Of a stretch of 64,000 nucleotides of DNA, positions 29,960 through 41,682 are shown piece after piece. Where the stretch lies: assembly GCA_963666115.2 (NCBI GenBank), contig CAXXET010000007.1:32001-96000 (forward strand), read 5' to 3'. Each line of letters starts with the position of its first letter. The first letter of the stretch is position 1. Made by a program: the position numbers and the translations under genes. Source of the DNA: Dehalococcoidia bacterium (GTDB lineage Bacteria; Chloroflexota; Dehalococcoidia; UBA6926). Under the pieces are notes generated by a model, which was given only the letters and a program-made list of their open reading frames with translations, searched no databases and was not told the origin of the DNA.

Positions 29960-31042
29960 ATGGCCGTACGCACTGTTCAGGGCAGGACGCCCACCATCCA
30001 TCCCACCGCGTGGATCGCCGAGAACGCCTATCTGATGGGCGACGTTGAGGTTCACGAGGGCGCGAGCATTTGGCCGGGCGCGGTGCTGCGCGCGGAGGGC
30101 GGACGCATCATCGTTCGCCGCAACGCCGCCGTCCTGGAACGCGCCGTCGTTCACGGCGGCGGAGTCGGCGCAATCTCCGGCACGACGGAGATCGCCGAGG
30201 GCGCGCACGTCGGCGTCGGCGCGATGGTGCATTCTATGGGCGTCGGACGGTTCACCCGCGTCGGCGACAACGCAACAGTGCTCGAAGCGGCAGCGGTCGG
30301 CGAGTGGTGCTGGATCGAACCCCGCGCCGTCGTCCTGCCCCGCGCCGTCATTCCGCACAATTCCCGCGTCTCCGGCATCCCCGGCGTCGCAATCAGGACA
30401 ATCAACGACTGGGAGCAGCGCATCCTCTCCGTGCAGGGCCACAACACGAACGCCCGCGCGGCGCAGCATCGCGCTGCCGAGGCTGATGGAGGCTCATCGA
30501 TGATCCGACCTTTCAATGGAAAAACGCCGAAGATTCACCCCACCGCGTGGGTGAGCGAGGCGGCATATATCGTCGGGGACGTGGAGATTGGCGAGCAATG
30601 CACCATCTTCCCCGGCGCGGTGATTCGCGGCGACATGGGCAAGATCGTCATCGGTGACCGCACCAACGTGCAGGACAACGCCGTCGTCCACGCGAACGGC
30701 GACATCACGATCGGCACGGACAATACACTCGGCCACGCCATAACGTTTCACGGGCGCAAGCTCGGCGACCACTGCCTGATTGGGAACAACTCGACGGTGT
30801 CGGAGGGCGTGGAGATCGGCGATTTCTGCGTGGTGGCGGCGGGCGGCGCCGTCGCGCCGTACGCAATCATCCCCGATGACTCATTCGCGGCCGGCGTGCC
30901 GGCGGAGGTTCTGTGGCAGACGGAGCCGGCGCGCCGCGCGCAGATGGCGGAAAGCGGCGGCCAGTACTACGCCCGCCTCGCCGCCGCCTACCAGGCAGAC
31001 GGCCTCGGCTCGTGGCCCCCTGGAGAAAACCCGCCAGGGTAG
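29960..31042 (+). CDS. Tandem gamma-carbonic-anhydrase-like hexapeptide-repeat protein (two domains)
   Basis: Two P.IHPTAW..E.AY..GDVE starts; second has RGD, TNVQD and three His. Confidence 0.85.
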   Translation: MAVRTVQGRTPTIHPTAWIAENAYLMGDVEVHEGASIWPGAVLRAEGGRIIVRRNAAVLERAVVHGGGVGAISGTTEIAEGAHVGVGAMVHSMGVGRFTRVGDNATVLEAAAVGEWCWIEPRAVVLPRAVIPHNSRVSGIPGVAIRTINDWEQRILSVQGHNTNARAAQHRAAEADGGSSMIRPFNGKTPKIHPTAWVSEAAYIVGDVEIGEQCTIFPGAVIRGDMGKIVIGDRTNVQDNAVVHANGDITIGTDNTLGHAITFHGRKLGDHCLIGNNSTVSEGVEIGDFCVVAAGGAVAPYAIIPDDSFAAGVPAEVLWQTEPARRAQMAESGGQYYARLAAAYQADGLGSWPPGENPPG

Positions 31043-31049
31043 GCGCTCC

Positions 31050-31739
31050 TCAGTCCGGCAGCGCGCTTTCCGCCAGCCGCCTAATCGCCGCTATCCGTTC
31101 CCCCACCGCCTCCGCGCGCCCATACACCGCCGTGCCCGCCACCAGCAGCCGCGCCCCTGCCCTCGCCACCCGCGCCGCCGTGCTCTCGTTGATGCCGCCG
31201 TCTACTTCCAGTTCAACGTCCGCGCCGCGCTCGTCGATGAGTTTCCGCATCTGCGCGATTTTTAATTCCATTTCGGGTATGTACGGCTGTCCGCCGTAGC
31301 CCGGCTCCACCGTCATCACCAGCGCGACGGCGATCTGATCCAACAGCGGCTCAATCACGTCGATAGGCGTTCCGGGTTTCACGGCCACCCCCGCCTTCGC
31401 GCCCGTCTCCCGCACCGCCGCCACCGTCCCCGCCAGGTCCGCGCACGCCTCCGCATGAACAACGATGATGTCGGCGCCCGCCGCGGCGATGTCCGCAGCC
31501 TGTCGCCCCGGCTCCTCCACCATCATGTGAACGTCCAGCGGAATGCCGTCCGCGTAGGGTTTGATTGCGGCGATCATCTGCGCGCCGAACGTGATCGGCG
31601 GCACGAACCGGCCGTCCATCACGTCCACGTGGATATAGTCCGCGCCGCCCTGCGCCGCCGCTGCCACCTCCTCGCCAAGCCGCGCAAAGTCCGCCGCAAG
31701 GATCGACGGCGCAATCTTGATGCGGTCGTGATGCGACAT
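31050..31739 (-). CDS. rpe: Ribulose-phosphate 3-epimerase
   Basis: IAPSILAADF, HVDVMDG, MTVEPGYGGQ, EVDGGI. Confidence 0.97.
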   Translation of the reverse strand: MSHHDRIKIAPSILAADFARLGEEVAAAAQGGADYIHVDVMDGRFVPPITFGAQMIAAIKPYADGIPLDVHMMVEEPGRQAADIAAAGADIIVVHAEACADLAGTVAAVRETGAKAGVAVKPGTPIDVIEPLLDQIAVALVMTVEPGYGGQPYIPEMELKIAQMRKLIDERGADVELEVDGGINESTAARVARAGARLLVAGTAVYGRAEAVGERIAAIRRLAESALPD

Positions 31740-31747
31740 TCAGGCGG

Positions 31748-33108
31748 TCAGCTTTCGTCCGATTCAAGCCGTGAGCGGGCGGCTGCGATAGCCTCACGAA
31801 CGCGATTGGGCGCCGTCCCGCCCGCCACGTCCCGCTTGGCAATGGCGGATTCGACGGTTATGTCCATGACATCATCGCCGAAGTGAGGCGACGCGCGCCG
31901 GTAATCATCGAGCGTCAGATCGCGCAGCTCCCTCCCGTCCGCTATCGCCCCCTCCACCAGGTCATGCACAATGCCGTGCGCCTCCCGGAACGGCACGCCC
32001 TTTACAGCCAGATAATCCGCCAACTCCGTCGCAAGCAGGAAACCGCTTTCAGCCGCGCCGCGCATCCTGTCCGCCCGGAACTCCAGAGTGGGAACCATCC
32101 CCGCCATCATCTCCAGGCTGCCGAGCAAGGTATCCGCCGCATCAAACAAAGGCTCCTTGTCCTCCTGCAAGTCACGGTTATAGGCAAGTGGCAGCGCCTT
32201 GACGGCTGTGAGGAGCGAAACAAGGCTGCCAAGCACACGCCCCGTCTTGCCGCGCACCAGCTCCGCAATGTCCGGGTTGCGTTTCTGCGGCATGATGCTG
32301 GAACCGGAGGCGTAATCCGAACCGACACGGACGAAGCCGAACTCATCCGACGACCACAGGATGATCTCCTCTGCAAGGCGGGAAAGATGCGTCATCGTCA
32401 GCGCGGCGGCGGACAGGAACTCGATGATATAGTCGCGGTCCGCCACGGCGTCCATGCTGTTGCGGCTGACGGCGTCAAAGCCCAGGTCAGCCGCCAGCGC
32501 CCCGCGGTCGATGGGATACGCCGTCCCCGTCAACGCCGCGCTGCCGAGCGGCATCACGTCCGCCCGTGTGAGCGCGTCGCGCATCCGTCCCGCGTCGCGT
32601 TCCGCCATCTCCACGTAGGCCAGCAGGTGGTGGGCAAGCAGCACGGGCTGCGCGCGTTGGAGATGCGTATACCCCGGCAGGATGACGTCGATTCCCGCCT
32701 CCGCCTGCTCGATGAGGGCGCGGCGGTACTCATTCAGGCGGCGCAGTGCGCCCTCGATCACGTCCTTGACGTAGAGGCGCGTATCCGTCGCAACCTGGTC
32801 GTTGCGGGAGCGGCCCGTGTGGAGTTTGCCGCCGACGGGCCCGATCAGCTCGATCAGCCGCCGCTCGATATTGAAGTGGATGTCCTCCAACTCCAACCTG
32901 AACGGGAATGACCCGTCCTCCAACTCCGACGTGATTGCCTCCAGACCACCCAGGATCGCCCGCGTCCTCGGTCGTCATCCAACACGCCCGCCCGCCCAAG
33001 CGCGCGCGCCCACGCCTCTGAGCCGTGCGCGTCATACGCCGCCAACCGTTTATCAAACGGCAGCGAGGCCAGGAAATCCGCCGGGTTCGTGCTGAATTGA
33101 TCCGCCAT
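31748..33108 (-). CDS. argH: Argininosuccinate lyase, frameshifted near N-terminus
   Basis: LHTGRSRNDQV, GYTHLQRAQP, GSSIMPQKRNPD; N-terminal SLPFDKRL in another frame. Confidence 0.92.
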
Positions 33109-33162
33109 ACATACAGGATACGGCCACGGAGCGCCGAATGCCGCGACCTCTCGAATCGTGTC

Positions 33163-33327
33163 ATGATTCTGTGCTACGGTGACGCATGCGTTCCGCCCCT
33201 CGACGTGGATCAGATGGACGAGAGCGAACTGGCCACGCTCGGCGACGAGGCCGCCAAGCTCTTCGGCTGCCCCGACTCCGGCGAAACCATCGAGGTGTTG
33301 ACGCTCCCCGCAGTCGTCCGACAGTAG
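33163..33327 (+). CDS. Small acidic hypothetical protein, 54 aa
   Basis: GC3-rich codons; fills the argG-argH gap on the opposite strand. Confidence 0.35.
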   Translation: MILCYGDACVPPLDVDQMDESELATLGDEAAKLFGCPDSGETIEVLTLPAVVRQ

Positions 33328-33378
33328 GCTATCCGCGAGTTGATCATGGTATTGAGGGCAGCAATGCCCTGATAGCTG

Positions 33379-34580
33379 CTATTCCTCCGGCCGCACCCGC
33401 GCCTGCGTGCGGATGGGCAGGCCCCAGAGGTGGATGAAGCCGGGCGAGGCCGATTGGTCAAACACATCGCCCTCGTCGTAGGTGGCCAAAGCATGCTGGT
33501 ACAGCGCGTAGTCGCTCTTGCGGCCCACCACCGTCGCGTGCCCCTTGTGGAGCTTGACGCGCACCGCGCCCGTGACCGCCCGCTGGCTGCTGTCGACATA
33601 CGCCTGCAGGTCCTCCCGCAGCTGGCTGAACCAGAGTCCGTCGTACACCAACTGCGCGTACTCGCGGGACACATTCTCGCCGAACCGCACCTGGTCCTTC
33701 GTGAGAACCATGCCCTCCAACGCCTTGTGCGCGTTGAGCAGGATCGTCGCCGCCGGCGCCTCCATATATCTCACGTGATTTGATGCCGACCAAGCGGTCT
33801 TCAATGTGGTCGATGCGCCCGACGCCGTGCTCGCCGCCAATCCTTTGAGAGGGTTTCCACAAGATCGACAGGCTCCATCTCCGCGCCGTCCAGCGCGATG
33901 GGGACGCCCTGCTCAAACTGCACTTCAACGTAGCGCGGCCTCATCCGGCGCCTCATGCGGGCGCGACCGTCCCACTCGTAGGCGTTCTCCGGCGGCTCGC
34001 GCCACGCGTCCTCCAGCGCCCCCGCCTCGATGCTGCGCCCCCAGAGGTTGTCGTCGGTGGAATAGGGCTTTTCGAGAGTGGAGGGCACGGGGATTTCATG
34101 CTCGCGGGCGTAGGCGATCTCTTCGACGCGGGTCATGCCCCACTCGCGGGCAGGAGCCACCACCTTGAGATCAGGGGCGAGCGCGCCGACGGACACGTCG
34201 AGCCGCACCTGGTCGTTGCCCTTGCCGGTGCAGCCGTGGGCGACGGCGGTTGCGCCCTCCTGCCGCGCGGCCTCCACCATGAGGCGGGCGATTAGCGGCC
34301 TGCCCAGCGCCGTGGCGACGGGATAGACGCCCTGGTAAAGCGCATTGGCCTTGAGGGCGGGAAAGACGAACTCGCGGATGAACTCGTCGCGCACGTCGGC
34401 GATATGCGCCCCGACCGCGCCGGATTCAAGCGCCCTCTGCCGGATCTCATCCAGGTTGTCGACGTTGCCCAGGTTAGCCGTCAGGGTAACCACGTCATAG
34501 CCGTAGTTCTCCTGGATCCACCGCACCGCAACGGACGTATCAAGCCCACCGCTATAGGCAAGTACAAGTTTCTCAGGCAT
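33379..34580 (-). CDS. argG: Argininosuccinate synthase with several frameshifts
   Basis: [48 protein letters not shown] spread over three frames (33750-33970). Confidence 0.92.
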
Positions 34581-34597
34581 GCGGCGCGGCCCTTGCG

Positions 34598-34960
34598 TCA
34601 TTCCCGCGACTCGACGTAGGACAACATGCGGTGGACAAATAGGTGGACGAGCGGGCGGTCGCCTTCGACCTCGTAGTCTTCCATTTCATCATGGTAGAAA
34701 TTCTTGTGGAACTTCTCCGCCGCCGCGAAGCCGCCCGCAAAGAACACCTCGTCGATCTCACCGGCCACTCGCTGCACAACGTTCTTCATGGCCCGGTGGG
34801 AGCGGCATTCCCAGCCGTGCTTTTCCGCCGCGGCCATGATGGCGTGTGTGGCGGCGCCCCACAGCTTCTCGGACGCCTGTAGATGATCCCCTGCCCCGAA
34901 CTCCTCATCAGACGCGGTTAGGAAATCCAGGGCCGTTTGGGCGTGCTCAGACTGATTCAT
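34598..34960 (-). CDS. PaREP1 family (HEPN-like) protein
   Basis: GDHLQASEKLWGAA..., SH, AEKFHKNFY. Confidence 0.8.
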   Translation of the reverse strand: MNQSEHAQTALDFLTASDEEFGAGDHLQASEKLWGAATHAIMAAAEKHGWECRSHRAMKNVVQRVAGEIDEVFFAGGFAAAEKFHKNFYHDEMEDYEVEGDRPLVHLFVHRMLSYVESRE

Positions 34961-34993
34961 AGCGTCATTGTAGCAAGGACGCGGAGAGGCGGG

Positions 34994-35182
34994 CTATTTC
35001 GCCGCTTTGCCGAGCGTGCGGATGCAGCGGGTGCACATGCGAACCCGGGTGCGGACGCCGTTGGCATCATACTGCGAGACGCGCTGCATGTTGACGTTCC
35101 AGCGTCGGCGCGTCTTGCGGTTCGAGTGGCTGACACGGTTGCCGAATTGGGGGCCGCGGTCACAGAACTTACACTTTGCCAT
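34994..35182 (-). CDS. rpmB: 50S ribosomal protein L28 (zinc-binding form)
   Basis: MAKCKFC..P.FGNRVSHSNRKTRRRW..N...CTRC. Confidence 0.96.
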   Translation of the reverse strand: MAKCKFCDRGPQFGNRVSHSNRKTRRRWNVNMQRVSQYDANGVRTRVRMCTRCIRTLGKAAK

Positions 35183-35307
35183 GGTTGCTAATCAACTATC
35201 GTTTTCGGGATGATTCTCGCGCGCCCGCAGGGGCGGCTACACCGTTACTGCACGAGGTCGTATGCTACCAGAGTCAGGGATGTGAGGCAACACGGTGGGG
35301 GTGTGCG

Positions 35308-36927
35308 ATGACAACGGACACAGGCGCGCTGGACGGGCAAGGGCTGCTTGCGGCGTTGGCGGGCGGGGCGGAGTGGCTGCAGGCGAACGTGGACGCCGTG
35401 AACGCGCTGAACGTGTATCCCGTGCCGGACGGCGACACGGGCACGAACATGATGCTCACGCTCCAGACGGCGCTGCGTGACGCAAATGAGAACCCCGGCG
35501 ACGGCACCGTCGGCGCGATTGCGGCGGTCATCGGACAGGGTGCGCTGCGCGGGGCGCGCGGCAACAGCGGCGTCATCCTGTCGCAGTACCTGAAGGGCCT
35601 TGCGCAGGGCCTCGACGGCGTCGAAACGATGGACGGCCCCGCGCTCGCCAGGGGCTTGCAGGCTGCGTCCGGCGCGGCGTACAGCGCCATGAGCAAGCCT
35701 GTCGAGGGCACGATGCTGACCGTCGGGCGCGAGGCGGGCGAGGCGGCAAACGCGAGCGGCTCCGCAGACGTTATCGAGACGCTGCGGGCGGCGGCAGATG
35801 AGGCTGACGCGTCAACCGCGCGCACGCCGGAACTGCTGCCCGTGCTGGCGAGCGCGGGCGTCGTTGATTCCGGCGGACAGGGCATCGCAGTGCTGTTGCG
35901 CGGCGCGCTCGCGCGGCTCACGGGAGAAGACCCCGGCCCGGCCCTCGAAGCGCCGACAATCGCAACCATCGATCCAAGTCTCTACTCAGGCGAGGAGGGC
36001 GAGGCGTGGGGCTATTGCACGGAGTTCGTGCTGATCGAACCCTCCTCCAACATGGACAGCATCCGCGCGACGATGGCGTTGTTCGGCGAGTCCGAGTCCA
36101 TCGTTGAGGGCGACAACCTGGTGCGTGTCCATCTGCATACGTCCGAGCCGGAGACCGTGCTGGCCGAGGCCGAGGGGATGGGGCGGCTGGAGCAGGTTTC
36201 CATCCGTGACATGGACCAGCAGCACCAGCAGTTCCTGGCGGGGCACGGGGAGGACATCGAGAACGTGGCCTGCGGCGTCGTGTCCGTGGCCGCCGGGCCC
36301 GGTTTCGTGCGAATCATGCGGGGTCTTGGGGCAGGTTCGATCATCTGGGGCGGACAGTCCATGAACCCGTCCGCCGAGGAGATCGCGGAGGCCGTGGAAT
36401 CCATCCCCGCGCCGGACATCATCATCCTGCCTAACAACAAGAACATCGCGGCGACCGCAGAGGTCTCGCGTGACCTCATCCACACCAAGACAATCACGGT
36501 GCTCCCAACGGAGTCCGTTCAGCAGGGCATCGCCGCGCTGCTCACATACTCCGCCACCGATTCGGTAGAGAACAACCTGGAGGGGATGCGGGGCGCGGTC
36601 GATGAACTGCGCTGGGCTGAGGTGACCTACGCGGTGCGAGACGGCCAATCCGGCGACGTTGCCTATACGGCTGAGCAGCCGATCGGCCTGCTGGAGGGCG
36701 AGTTGGTCGTGTCAGGCGAGACGCCGGAGGCGGTAGCGCAGTCGCTGGTCGAGCGGATCGCGCCGGTGGGTGAGCACCTCGTAACCATCTACTATGGGGC
36801 GGGCGTGACGGAGGAGCAGGCAGAGTCGGCGGCGGAGGCCGTGCGGGCGGTCTGTTCGGATGAGGTGGAGGTTGAGGTCCAGGGCGGAGGCCAGCCGCTG
36901 TATCCGTACTTGATCTCGGTGGAATAG
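35308..36927 (+). CDS. DAK2 domain protein (fatty acid kinase catalytic subunit-like)
   Basis: LNVYPVPDGDTGTNM, GARGNSGVILSQ, GGQSMNPS, LPNNKNI. Confidence 0.93.
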   Translation: MTTDTGALDGQGLLAALAGGAEWLQANVDAVNALNVYPVPDGDTGTNMMLTLQTALRDANENPGDGTVGAIAAVIGQGALRGARGNSGVILSQYLKGLAQGLDGVETMDGPALARGLQAASGAAYSAMSKPVEGTMLTVGREAGEAANASGSADVIETLRAAADEADASTARTPELLPVLASAGVVDSGGQGIAVLLRGALARLTGEDPGPALEAPTIATIDPSLYSGEEGEAWGYCTEFVLIEPSSNMDSIRATMALFGESESIVEGDNLVRVHLHTSEPETVLAEAEGMGRLEQVSIRDMDQQHQQFLAGHGEDIENVACGVVSVAAGPGFVRIMRGLGAGSIIWGGQSMNPSAEEIAEAVESIPAPDIIILPNNKNIAATAEVSRDLIHTKTITVLPTESVQQGIAALLTYSATDSVENNLEGMRGAVDELRWAEVTYAVRDGQSGDVAYTAEQPIGLLEGELVVSGETPEAVAQSLVERIAPVGEHLVTIYYGAGVTEEQAESAAEAVRAVCSDEVEVEVQGGGQPLYPYLISVE

Positions 36928-36974
36928 AGCCCTGCGCAAACGGGAGGGCGGCTGTGGTGGGCAGCGGATAGGAC

Positions 36975-38261
36975 ATGGCAGTTCAATCGCGGTCGTCGAT
37001 CGGGAAATTGAATCCGCGCCGCGTGTTCTACGGGTGGTGGATCGTCCTGTCCGGCTTCCTGCTGATGCTGTTCTCGACAGGCGTCGGCTTTTATGGCTTC
37101 TCGGCCTTCGTCAACCCCATTGCGGACTCAATTGCGGGCGGCAGCCGCACAGTCGTGGCGGCGGCGGTGTCTATTCAGCGGGCCGAATCGGGAATCCTGG
37201 GGCCGATCATGGGGTTCCTCGTCGACCGGATCGGCCCGCGACTTATCCTCATCGCGGGATTCGTGATCGGCGGAACGGGATTCATCCTCGTGTCGCTGAC
37301 GCAGAATGTTGTCCAGTTCTACGCGGCGTACATGTTTCTGGCGCTCGGACTGGGCGCCGGGTCATTCCTGATCGTCAGCGCGGCGGTCACAAACTGGTTC
37401 AACCGCATGCGTGGCCGCGCGCTGGGTTTCCTCTTCCTCGGGCCGGGCTTTGCGGGTTTCCTCGTGCTGGGCATCGTGGTGTTGATCGAGGAGTTCGGCT
37501 GGCGATACACCCTGGCCGGCATTGGCGTGGCGATGTGGATCATTTGCATTCCCCTCGCGATGATCATCCGCCGCGCGCCGGAGGCATACGGCCAGAGGCC
37601 GGACGGTGATCCGCCCGCCGAAGATTCGACAGGCGCGCCCGTCGCGCTCACCGGGGGAGGCGTGCCGGTCGGTGAGGCATCGCTGATTGGAATCGGCAGC
37701 GTCCTGCGAAGCGTCAGCTACTACCAGTACGTGTTTGCGCTTGGGATGCAGCAAATGGGATTCTCCGCGCTGGTCATCTTCCAGGTTCCGGCGCTCCAAA
37801 CCTTCGGGTTATCTGCAAAAGAGGCTGGGCTGGCAGTCCTGATCTGGACCGTTGGGGGGCTGCCGGGGCGGCTTGCCTCCGGCTTCCTTGCGGACAAGTT
37901 CGACAAGCGGCTGGTGCTGGCCGCAGCGTTCATCATGCAACTCGTTGGCTTGTTCTTCTTCTTGACGACGACCAACCTGAGCTGGGCAATCCTGTACGGC
38001 GTCACGCACGGCATCGGCTGGGGGATGACAACGCCATCGCGGCTCGCATTGCAGGGCGAACTCTGGGGGCGCGCCATCTTCGGTCGTCTGATGGGAATAC
38101 AAACGGGGACATCCGCAATCGGTTCAATACTCTCCCCGATATTCGTCGGCTGGTGGTTCGACACATACGACGACTACAAGATGCCGATTCTGCTGCTGTT
38201 CATGCCGCTGTTCCTCTGCATTGTGCTGGTGCTGACGTTGAAGAGGCCGAACCGGGCGTAG
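36975..38261 (+). CDS. MFS transporter
   Basis: FYGWWIV, GFLVDRIGPR, about 12 TM segments; same subfamily as 13172..14482. Confidence 0.9.
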   Translation: MAVQSRSSIGKLNPRRVFYGWWIVLSGFLLMLFSTGVGFYGFSAFVNPIADSIAGGSRTVVAAAVSIQRAESGILGPIMGFLVDRIGPRLILIAGFVIGGTGFILVSLTQNVVQFYAAYMFLALGLGAGSFLIVSAAVTNWFNRMRGRALGFLFLGPGFAGFLVLGIVVLIEEFGWRYTLAGIGVAMWIICIPLAMIIRRAPEAYGQRPDGDPPAEDSTGAPVALTGGGVPVGEASLIGIGSVLRSVSYYQYVFALGMQQMGFSALVIFQVPALQTFGLSAKEAGLAVLIWTVGGLPGRLASGFLADKFDKRLVLAAAFIMQLVGLFFFLTTTNLSWAILYGVTHGIGWGMTTPSRLALQGELWGRAIFGRLMGIQTGTSAIGSILSPIFVGWWFDTYDDYKMPILLLFMPLFLCIVLVLTLKRPNRA

Positions 38262-38269
38262 AATGCGGC

Positions 38270-39388
38270 ATGGGTGAGTGGCCGCGCCCGTGGCGCTATA
38301 TCTTCCACGCGGATATGGACGCGTTTTTCGCGTCCGTCGCGCAGCGCGATGATCCAAGCCTGCGCGGCAAACCCATCGTGGTGGGCGGACCGCCGGAATC
38401 GCGCGGCGTCGTGGCGGCGGCGTCATATGAAGCGCGCAAGCTGGGGGCGCGGTCAGCGATGCCGATGGCAACAGCGCTGCGCCTCAGCCCGGACATCATT
38501 CGTGTCGGGCATCGTCCCGGCGGATACGGCAACATCTCGCGGCAGGTAATGACCATCCTGCGCCGCGTAACACCGCACGTGCAGCAACTCTCCGTCGATG
38601 AAGCCTACGTGGACGTCACGGATGTTGCGGGGCCGGACATGCTGGAGCCGCTCGGCAAGGAAATCAAGAGGCGCGTGCGGCGCGCGACGGGCCTGGCCGT
38701 GACCATCGGCGGCGGCGTGAACAGGACCGTCGCCAAGGTGGCGTCGCAGGTGGGCAAGCCGGACGGCCTGCTGATCGTGCCGCCGGCGACAGAGGATGAG
38801 TTCCTCGCGCCGCTGAACGTGTCGCTGCTGAGCGGTGTCGGCCCGGTGACGCTCCGCGCGTTGAATGCGCGCGGCATCCGCACGATGGGAGACCTCGCGG
38901 CGGCAGAGGACGACTGGCTCGCCAGGGAGTTTGGGACGCGCGGGGCCTGGCTGAAGGAAAGGTCGCTGGGCAGGGGGTCATCTGAACTCGAATTCGAGGA
39001 TGAGCGGCAGGTCAAGTCGATCAGCAGCGAGACGACGATGCGGACGGACACGGACGACGGTGAGACGCTTCTCGGCATCATCCATGAACAGGCGGCGGAC
39101 GTGGTCCGGCAGATGCAGGGCAAGGGCCTGCGGGCGCGGACGGTTCGCCTGAAGCTGCGGCTGGCGGATTTCACGACGTTTACGCGGCAGCAGTCCCTGC
39201 CCCGCCCCACGGACGATGAGGCGGCAATCCTGGGCGTCGCGGATGAGATTTTGCGGCGTGAACTGGCGCCGGGGCGGGAGTTCCGGCTGATCGGCGTGGC
39301 GGTGGCGTCCCTGGAGCCTGCGCTGGATCAACCGGATGCAGCGGAGAAGGGACCGGCGGCCGGGGGGCAGATACGGTTGGGAATCTGA
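38270..39388 (+). CDS. dinB: DNA polymerase IV
   Basis: HADMDAFFASV, AASYEAR, SVDEAY, KPDG. Confidence 0.93.
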   Translation: MGEWPRPWRYIFHADMDAFFASVAQRDDPSLRGKPIVVGGPPESRGVVAAASYEARKLGARSAMPMATALRLSPDIIRVGHRPGGYGNISRQVMTILRRVTPHVQQLSVDEAYVDVTDVAGPDMLEPLGKEIKRRVRRATGLAVTIGGGVNRTVAKVASQVGKPDGLLIVPPATEDEFLAPLNVSLLSGVGPVTLRALNARGIRTMGDLAAAEDDWLAREFGTRGAWLKERSLGRGSSELEFEDERQVKSISSETTMRTDTDDGETLLGIIHEQAADVVRQMQGKGLRARTVRLKLRLADFTTFTRQQSLPRPTDDEAAILGVADEILRRELAPGREFRLIGVAVASLEPALDQPDAAEKGPAAGGQIRLGI

Positions 39389-39437
39389 TTTCGCGGTATG
39401 ATTCATTGAACTCATCAACCGGGGAGGGGAAGTCATC

Positions 39438-41682
39438 GTGACACAACTTGCGTCATACAACATCGTCGGCCACGCGACACCGCGCGCGGAGGGCCCGGAC
39501 AAGGTGACGGGCAGCGGCATCTACGGGATGGACCGCGCACTGCCGGGGATGCTCTGGTGCAAGATTCTCCGCAGCCCTTTCGCCCACGCGCGCATCGTCA
39601 GCATCGATGCCAGCGAGGCAGCGGCGCTGCCCGGCGTCCACATGGTGCTGACCGGCAAGGATTTGGAGGGCGTGCGCACGAACCGCGCGCCCATCAAGGA
39701 CGAGCCTGCGCTGTGCTGGGACACGGTGCTGTACGTGGGCGACAAGGTGGCCGCCGTCGTGGCGGATGACGAGGATGTTGCCGAACGCGCGCTTGAGCTT
39801 ATCCAGGTGGAATACGAGGAGCTGCCCCCGGTGCTGTCGGCGCGGGAGGCGGCTCAGCCGGACGCTCCTATCCTGCATCCGGATTTTGCCAACTACATCG
39901 GTGTGAAGGACGCGCCGGAGACGCCGACCAACGTTGTCGTGGCGCTGGATCGCGGGCGGGGCGACGTGGACGCGGGGTTTGCGGAGGCGGACGTCATCGT
40001 CGAGGAGACGTACACGACGCCGCACCAGCACCAGGCGTATTTGGAGCCGCACTCCGTTCTGATTGACGTTGAAGAGGACGGCACGGCGCAGATATGGATG
40101 TCGTGCCAGTTGCCGGCGGCGAATTTCAATGAGCTGGTGCGGGTGCTCGACCTGCCGGCGGAGAAGATCGTCATCAATTCCTCGTACATCGGCGGGTCCT
40201 TCGGCGGCAAGACGGACGCGGTGGGCGTCTACATCATGTATGAGTTCGCCAAGCGCACAGGCCGTCCAATCAAGCTTGTATTCGACTATTCAGAGGAGTT
40301 GATGGCGTCCAACCCGCGCCATCCGTCTGAAATCACGATCAGAGCGGGCGTAAAGCGCGACGGGACGATCACCGCGTGGCAGGCAGACGCATACCTGGCC
40401 TTCGGGGCGTACGTATCCTACGCGCCCGTTCCGAACGGGCTGCGGGGCGTGTTCGAGATGGGCGGCGCCTACCGCTGCGAGAACATCGCCATGTCCATCA
40501 CGCACACGTACGCCAACCTGGTGCCGTGCGGTTTCGCGCGAGCGCCCGGGATGCCGCAGGGACTGTGGGCGGGAGAGTCGCACATCGACCTTTGCGCCCG
40601 CGCAATCGGCATGGACCCGGCGGAGTTTCGCACGCGCAACATCCTGCACGAGGGCGAGCCGCTGATGAACGGGGATGAGTACCAGGCCCTGCGCGCCGAC
40701 ACAACCCTTGAGGAGGCGCTGCGGGCGGCGGATTATTCCGGCAACAGGCCGGCAAACGTCGGGATCGGCATCGGCACCGGCCACCACTCGCAGGGCGGCG
40801 GCGCGGCGGCGTGCCAGGTGACGATCACGGCGGACGGCGCGATCACCGCGCACTTCTCCACGTTCGATACGGGCGGCGGCACGTTCACGATCATCGCCCA
40901 GGTTGTGGCGGAGCAGCTTGGCGTATCGCCGCAGGATGTCGAGGCGCTTTCGTTCCCAAGCAACCAGCTTGGGCCGCTGCAGGGCATTGGCGGCAGCCGA
41001 GGCGCGCGCGTGACGAGCCACAGTGGGGCACATGGCGGCATCGGATACGGCGGACAAGCTCCGACGTTTGGCGGCGGAGTTTCAGGGCTGGGACGAGGAG
41101 CGCCTGACGCTGAACGGCGGCAACGTTGTGAATGAGAGCGGCGAGAGCATCGAATTCGGGCAGATAGCCGCTCGGACTGGAGAGCCTATCGTCACGCGCG
41201 TCGATATCCAGGAGGGCACAAGCCCTTACACTGCCTTCGGCACGCAGATCGCAGAGGTAGAGGTCGATCCGGAAACGGGCGATTTCGAGGTGCTCAAGAT
41301 CACCGCCGTCCATGAGACCGGGCGCGTACTGAACCCGGTCGCGTTCTATGGGCAGCTCGAGGGCGGCGTCGTATACGGCTTTGGCGAGACGGTGATGACG
41401 GAGACGGTCTACGACGAATCGGGCCGCGTCACAAACCCCTCGTTCGCAGACATGAAGCTACCCACAGTCCGTGATTTGCCGGAGTTGAACGAAATCGTAC
41501 TGGAATCGGACGTGGGCGACGGCCCGTACGCGGTGCGCGGAATCGGCGAGCACACCAACATCATGACCGCGCCGGCCATCGCCAACGCCATCGAGGACGC
41601 GGTAGGAGTCCGCATAACAACCCTCCCAATCACCGCAGAAAAGGTCTACGCGGCCCTCCAAGAAAAGCGCAACGGAGGCTAG
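39438..41682 (+). CDS. Xanthine dehydrogenase/CoxL family molybdopterin subunit, one frameshift near 41018
   Basis: KVTG, RSPFAHARI, GGSFGGK; C-terminal EVEVDPETG, GQLEGG and GIGE in a second frame. Confidence 0.9.

Noticed and set aside
41010-41030. Programmed frameshifting in the molybdoenzyme or other split genes
   Set aside because: No shared slippery motif; multiple and compensating shifts point to errors
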